Below, piece after piece: positions 48,813 to 51,367 of a stretch of 51,367 bases of DNA. The notes below the pieces were generated by a model. The model was given only the letters and a program-made list of their open reading frames with translations. It was not told the origin of the DNA and ran no database searches. The position numbers and the translations under genes are program-made. Each line of letters starts with the position of its first letter. The first letter of the stretch is position 1. Origin of the DNA: Promethearchaeota archaeon (GTDB lineage: Archaea > Asgardarchaeota > Lokiarchaeia > Sigyniarchaeales > SOKP01); assembly GCA_048941265.1 (NCBI GenBank), contig JBHLNT010000013.1:1-51367 (forward strand), in the 5' to 3' direction.

Positions 48813-49217
48813 CTAATTATCGGAATAATTTAATTTCTTCGCATATATCATGTAAACTCATAATCTAGCGCTTAGGTTTTCCTCTCCTAGTTTAACTTCA
48901 AAATCTTTATTATTTAATAATACAATAATTTCGCTTAAGAGATTTTCACCCCCTTTTATATGTTCATGAACTTCCATTGAAATTTGTCTTATTATCTCCC
49001 AGTATTTATGCGCAATACCTCCAAGAATCTGTTTTTCATAATTCTCAGCATCTATTTTTTATAAGTCAATGTGATCTATATTATTTTCTTTTATAATTTC
49101 AGATAATGGTCTTAGTTGACATAAGGTTTTTTCACTTTCATATATTTTCTTTAATTCCTTGCCCTCACTACACGCTTTCGTAAAATTTTTGGTACTATTC
49201 GAGCGATCTTTAAAATT
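48813..49217 (-). pseudogene. FkbM-family methyltransferase fragment
   Basis: Manual translation ...CQLRPLSEIIKENNIDHIDL*KIDAENYEKQILGGI...IRQISMEVHE...LL...DFEV...L*VYMIYAKK; in-frame TAA (49059-61) and TGA (48858-60); N-terminal SAM motif absent. Confidence 0.8.
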
Positions 49218-49350
49218 TTAAAAGATTAAATTAAATTTAATATGCAAATTTAATAAAATTTTTATTTTTTCTTAGAAATTGTAAATTTATATTTCTAAAA
49301 TGATATATATTTCATATTACTGAATTTTAACGAAATAAAAATATAATTGG

Positions 49351-50040
49351 ATGATTTTATTGAGCCAACGTGTTTTAGGGAATGATTTTTGGTATAAGAC
49401 TCTGCCGGTTCTTATAATAGGAATGATTATTTGGGTTGTGGTCACATTATTATTTAGTGGTTTTTTAGGTTTAAGTGCTATACCATTATCTACTATCCTT
49501 ATATTTATATCAGTAATATTATACATTGTTTTCTGGATATTAACAATAATCTTGGCATTTATGAAGAAAAATTGGTTTTCTATGATTAGCTTTTTTATTT
49601 CTAGTATCTTTACAGGGATTATAAGCTCTTCGATCCTTATCTGGGCTGCTGCTGTAATTGCATTAGATTTGGTACTGGGTATTTTTTTTGCGGCATTTTT
49701 TATAGGAATAGGTGCAACGATTGGATTACTAATATTGGGTCTATTTTTAAGAGATAGGATTAGTCAACGATGGATTTATCCATTATTACTTTTTGGATTC
49801 TTACTTATTGGATTAGAATTTTCATTAATATTATTATTTGGATATAATCCGTATATTTTAATTACGAGTATCCTTGTCTTAATCTGGTTTTTCGCAGTAA
49901 TTTTATGGGATGGAAGCCATTTACCAAATACAATAGAAGAGGGTTATTGGATGGTCGCGGTAATAGATATCTTTTTGGACATGGTAAATGTAATAATAAG
50001 AATCTTTATAATCATCGTAGAACTATTATCTGGAGAATAA
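49351..50040 (+). CDS. Bax inhibitor-1/YccA-like 7-TM protein
   Basis: ~7 TM; C-term ILWD...WMVAVIDIFLDMVNVIIRIF resembles the BI-1 A..LYLD.INLF motif. Confidence 0.75.
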   Translation: MILLSQRVLGNDFWYKTLPVLIIGMIIWVVVTLLFSGFLGLSAIPLSTILIFISVILYIVFWILTIILAFMKKNWFSMISFFISSIFTGIISSSILIWAAAVIALDLVLGIFFAAFFIGIGATIGLLILGLFLRDRISQRWIYPLLLFGFLLIGLEFSLILLFGYNPYILITSILVLIWFFAVILWDGSHLPNTIEEGYWMVAVIDIFLDMVNVIIRIFIIIVELLSGE

Positions 50041-50201
50041 TTTGCCTTTACTTCCTAACTATTGATTTTTCAGAAGTTTTTTAAAATTTTTTTTTATACT
50101 TTTCAAATAAATTCTCATTAAGTAATTGATAACTTTGCGATTTAAATATGAGAGAACATTTTTTAAATCAATTTTTTTGAATAATTTTGAGAAGAATCAA
50201 T

Positions 50202-50987
50202 ATGGAATTTGAAAATCTTATTATAGAAAAACAAGATGATCATATTGCGATCGTTACCTTCAATCGTCCTATGAAACTCAACACCCTCAATTTGGACTTA
50301 ATGAGGGAAATCGAAAAAGTAACTGAGGAATTTCTTACTGATTTAGAAACCCGAGTTGTAATTTTTACGGGTGCGGGTAAACACTTTTGTGCAGGGGTAG
50401 ACTTAACCCAATCGCAACCTCAACCAACTTTACTTGGCAGACAAAGAGCTAATCAAATTGGCCCCCGGATGATTCATAAACTTCAGAGTATGGATCAGAT
50501 TACAATCGCAGCTATAAATGGAGGCGCTTTTGGAGGGGGAGCATGTATTGCTGCAGCTTTAGATTTTAGAATAGGAGAAGAAAATTGCTATGCAGGATTT
50601 CCGGAGAGTCGATTGGGAATGAATTTAAGTTGGAATTCACTTCCCCTGGTTGTGCATTTAATTGGACCAACTTATGCAAAGGAAATGGTCATCTTAGGAA
50701 AAAATAATGATGCAAAAACCCTATTAAAATGGGGATTTTTAAGTGAAGTAGTCCCTAAAGAAAAATTAATCGACCATGCCATCGAAATAGCCAAAGAATA
50801 TGCAGCAATGCCACCGATTCCAGCTCAAATGATAAAAAAAAGTATAAATCATATTAGCTCTGCTTTAGATAAAGCCATCATGCATATGGATATGGATCAA
50901 CTACTCTTAACATTCGGAACAAAAGATTTAAGAGAAGGGATGGCTGCCTTTTTTGGAAAACGCCAAAGTAAATATAAGGGCGATTAA
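50202..50987 (+). CDS. Enoyl-CoA hydratase/isomerase family protein
   Basis: FNRPMKLNTL, HFCAGVDL, AAINGGAFGGG, FPE..LG, EGMAAFF.KR; start at MEFEN. Confidence 0.92.
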   Translation: MEFENLIIEKQDDHIAIVTFNRPMKLNTLNLDLMREIEKVTEEFLTDLETRVVIFTGAGKHFCAGVDLTQSQPQPTLLGRQRANQIGPRMIHKLQSMDQITIAAINGGAFGGGACIAAALDFRIGEENCYAGFPESRLGMNLSWNSLPLVVHLIGPTYAKEMVILGKNNDAKTLLKWGFLSEVVPKEKLIDHAIEIAKEYAAMPPIPAQMIKKSINHISSALDKAIMHMDMDQLLLTFGTKDLREGMAAFFGKRQSKYKGD

Positions 50988-51367
50988 TTTTTATTTTTAT
51001 TTTCCATCTCAAGTCTTCTTTTGGTCATTAGTTCACGGCATTCATTATATTCTTTTGGATAATAAATAAATGGAATAATCCACAGAATTGATGATAACAG
51101 CCAAATAAATAATAATAGAGCTATTGCAAATGGGAGTAATTCTAAATCATTTATAATCAAGGCAGAAACAATTAAATTACCAATTATTCCGCCTATATTT
51201 GACATCAAACCATTTAATGAATTGGCAGTGCTTCTCGCCTCGGGAACGCAGACTTCTGAATATATTGCGTAGATATTTCCGTTAGAGAGAGAAGCGAAAA
51301 AATTTCCGAAAAATCCAATTGTTATAAAAAAAATCCAAGATAACACGATATCTAAAGTAGTTTCCAT
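50984..51367 (-). CDS. MFS transporter, C-terminal part (starts beyond the right edge)
   Basis: SEVCVPEARSTANSL..L..NIGGIIG followed by terminal TM helices. Confidence 0.8.
   Translation of the reverse strand: METTLDIVLSWIFFITIGFFGNFFASLSNGNIYAIYSEVCVPEARSTANSLNGLMSNIGGIIGNLIVSALIINDLELLPFAIALLLFIWLLSSILWIIPFIYYPKEYNECRELMTKRRLEMENKNKN

Noticed and set aside
48858-48860. TGA recoding (Sec) in the FkbM-like frame
   Set aside because: The same frame also has an in-frame TAA and lacks the N-terminal half, so decay is the simpler explanation.
1315-49526. Numerous short ORFs in the track overlapping longer genes (e.g. 1315..1554, 2035..2424, 4415..4750, 7772..8050, 14785..15012, 20373..20786, 48043..48360, 49317..49526)
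   Set aside because: They are antisense or alternate-frame shadows of well-supported genes and carry no motifs. The similarity between 1315..1554 and 2035..2424 just mirrors the crotonase paralogy.
1-51367. CRISPR arrays, tRNA/rRNA genes, IS elements or integrases
   Set aside because: I saw no regularly spaced repeats, GC-rich structured RNA-like segments or transposase/integrase ORFs. Intergenic DNA is short and AT-rich. A covariance-model scan would be needed to exclude small ncRNAs.

Overview
AT-rich archaeal chromosomal segment, most likely Asgard (Lokiarchaeia-like). This is inferred from gene content: a Rab/Ras-like small GTPase, a convergent pair of longin-like proteins, a uDENN/longin-like protein, an AN1 zinc finger-HEAT protein, a Loki-type 'FWGHCSNLQxW' family protein and expanded lipid-catabolism paralogs (4 crotonases, 3 acyl-CoA ligases, a thiolase with an HMGCS-DUF35 fusion). 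It also encodes 5 MFS transporters, a GH32, a non-pyrrolysine MttB, a MoxR ATPase with two CoxE-like VWA proteins, Mrp/NBP35, AlaX, DUF89 and ferredoxins. I saw no rRNA, tRNA, CRISPR array or transposase. The most notable items are: (1) an intact fwdG-B-D-A operon without fwdC, whose B, D and A subunits carry substitutions at canonical active-site positions, so it may be a repurposed formylmethanofuran-dehydrogenase-like complex; (2) a ~900-aa TrmB-like protein split by ~650 aa of 11-residue helical repeats; (3) longin/DENN/Rab modules, one with a probable ATT start. Several features missing from the ORF track were found by reading the DNA: a secreted glycoprotein, two microproteins, an FkbM pseudogene and a duplicated MoxR 3' remnant. 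All calls are from motif reading by eye; no searches were run.
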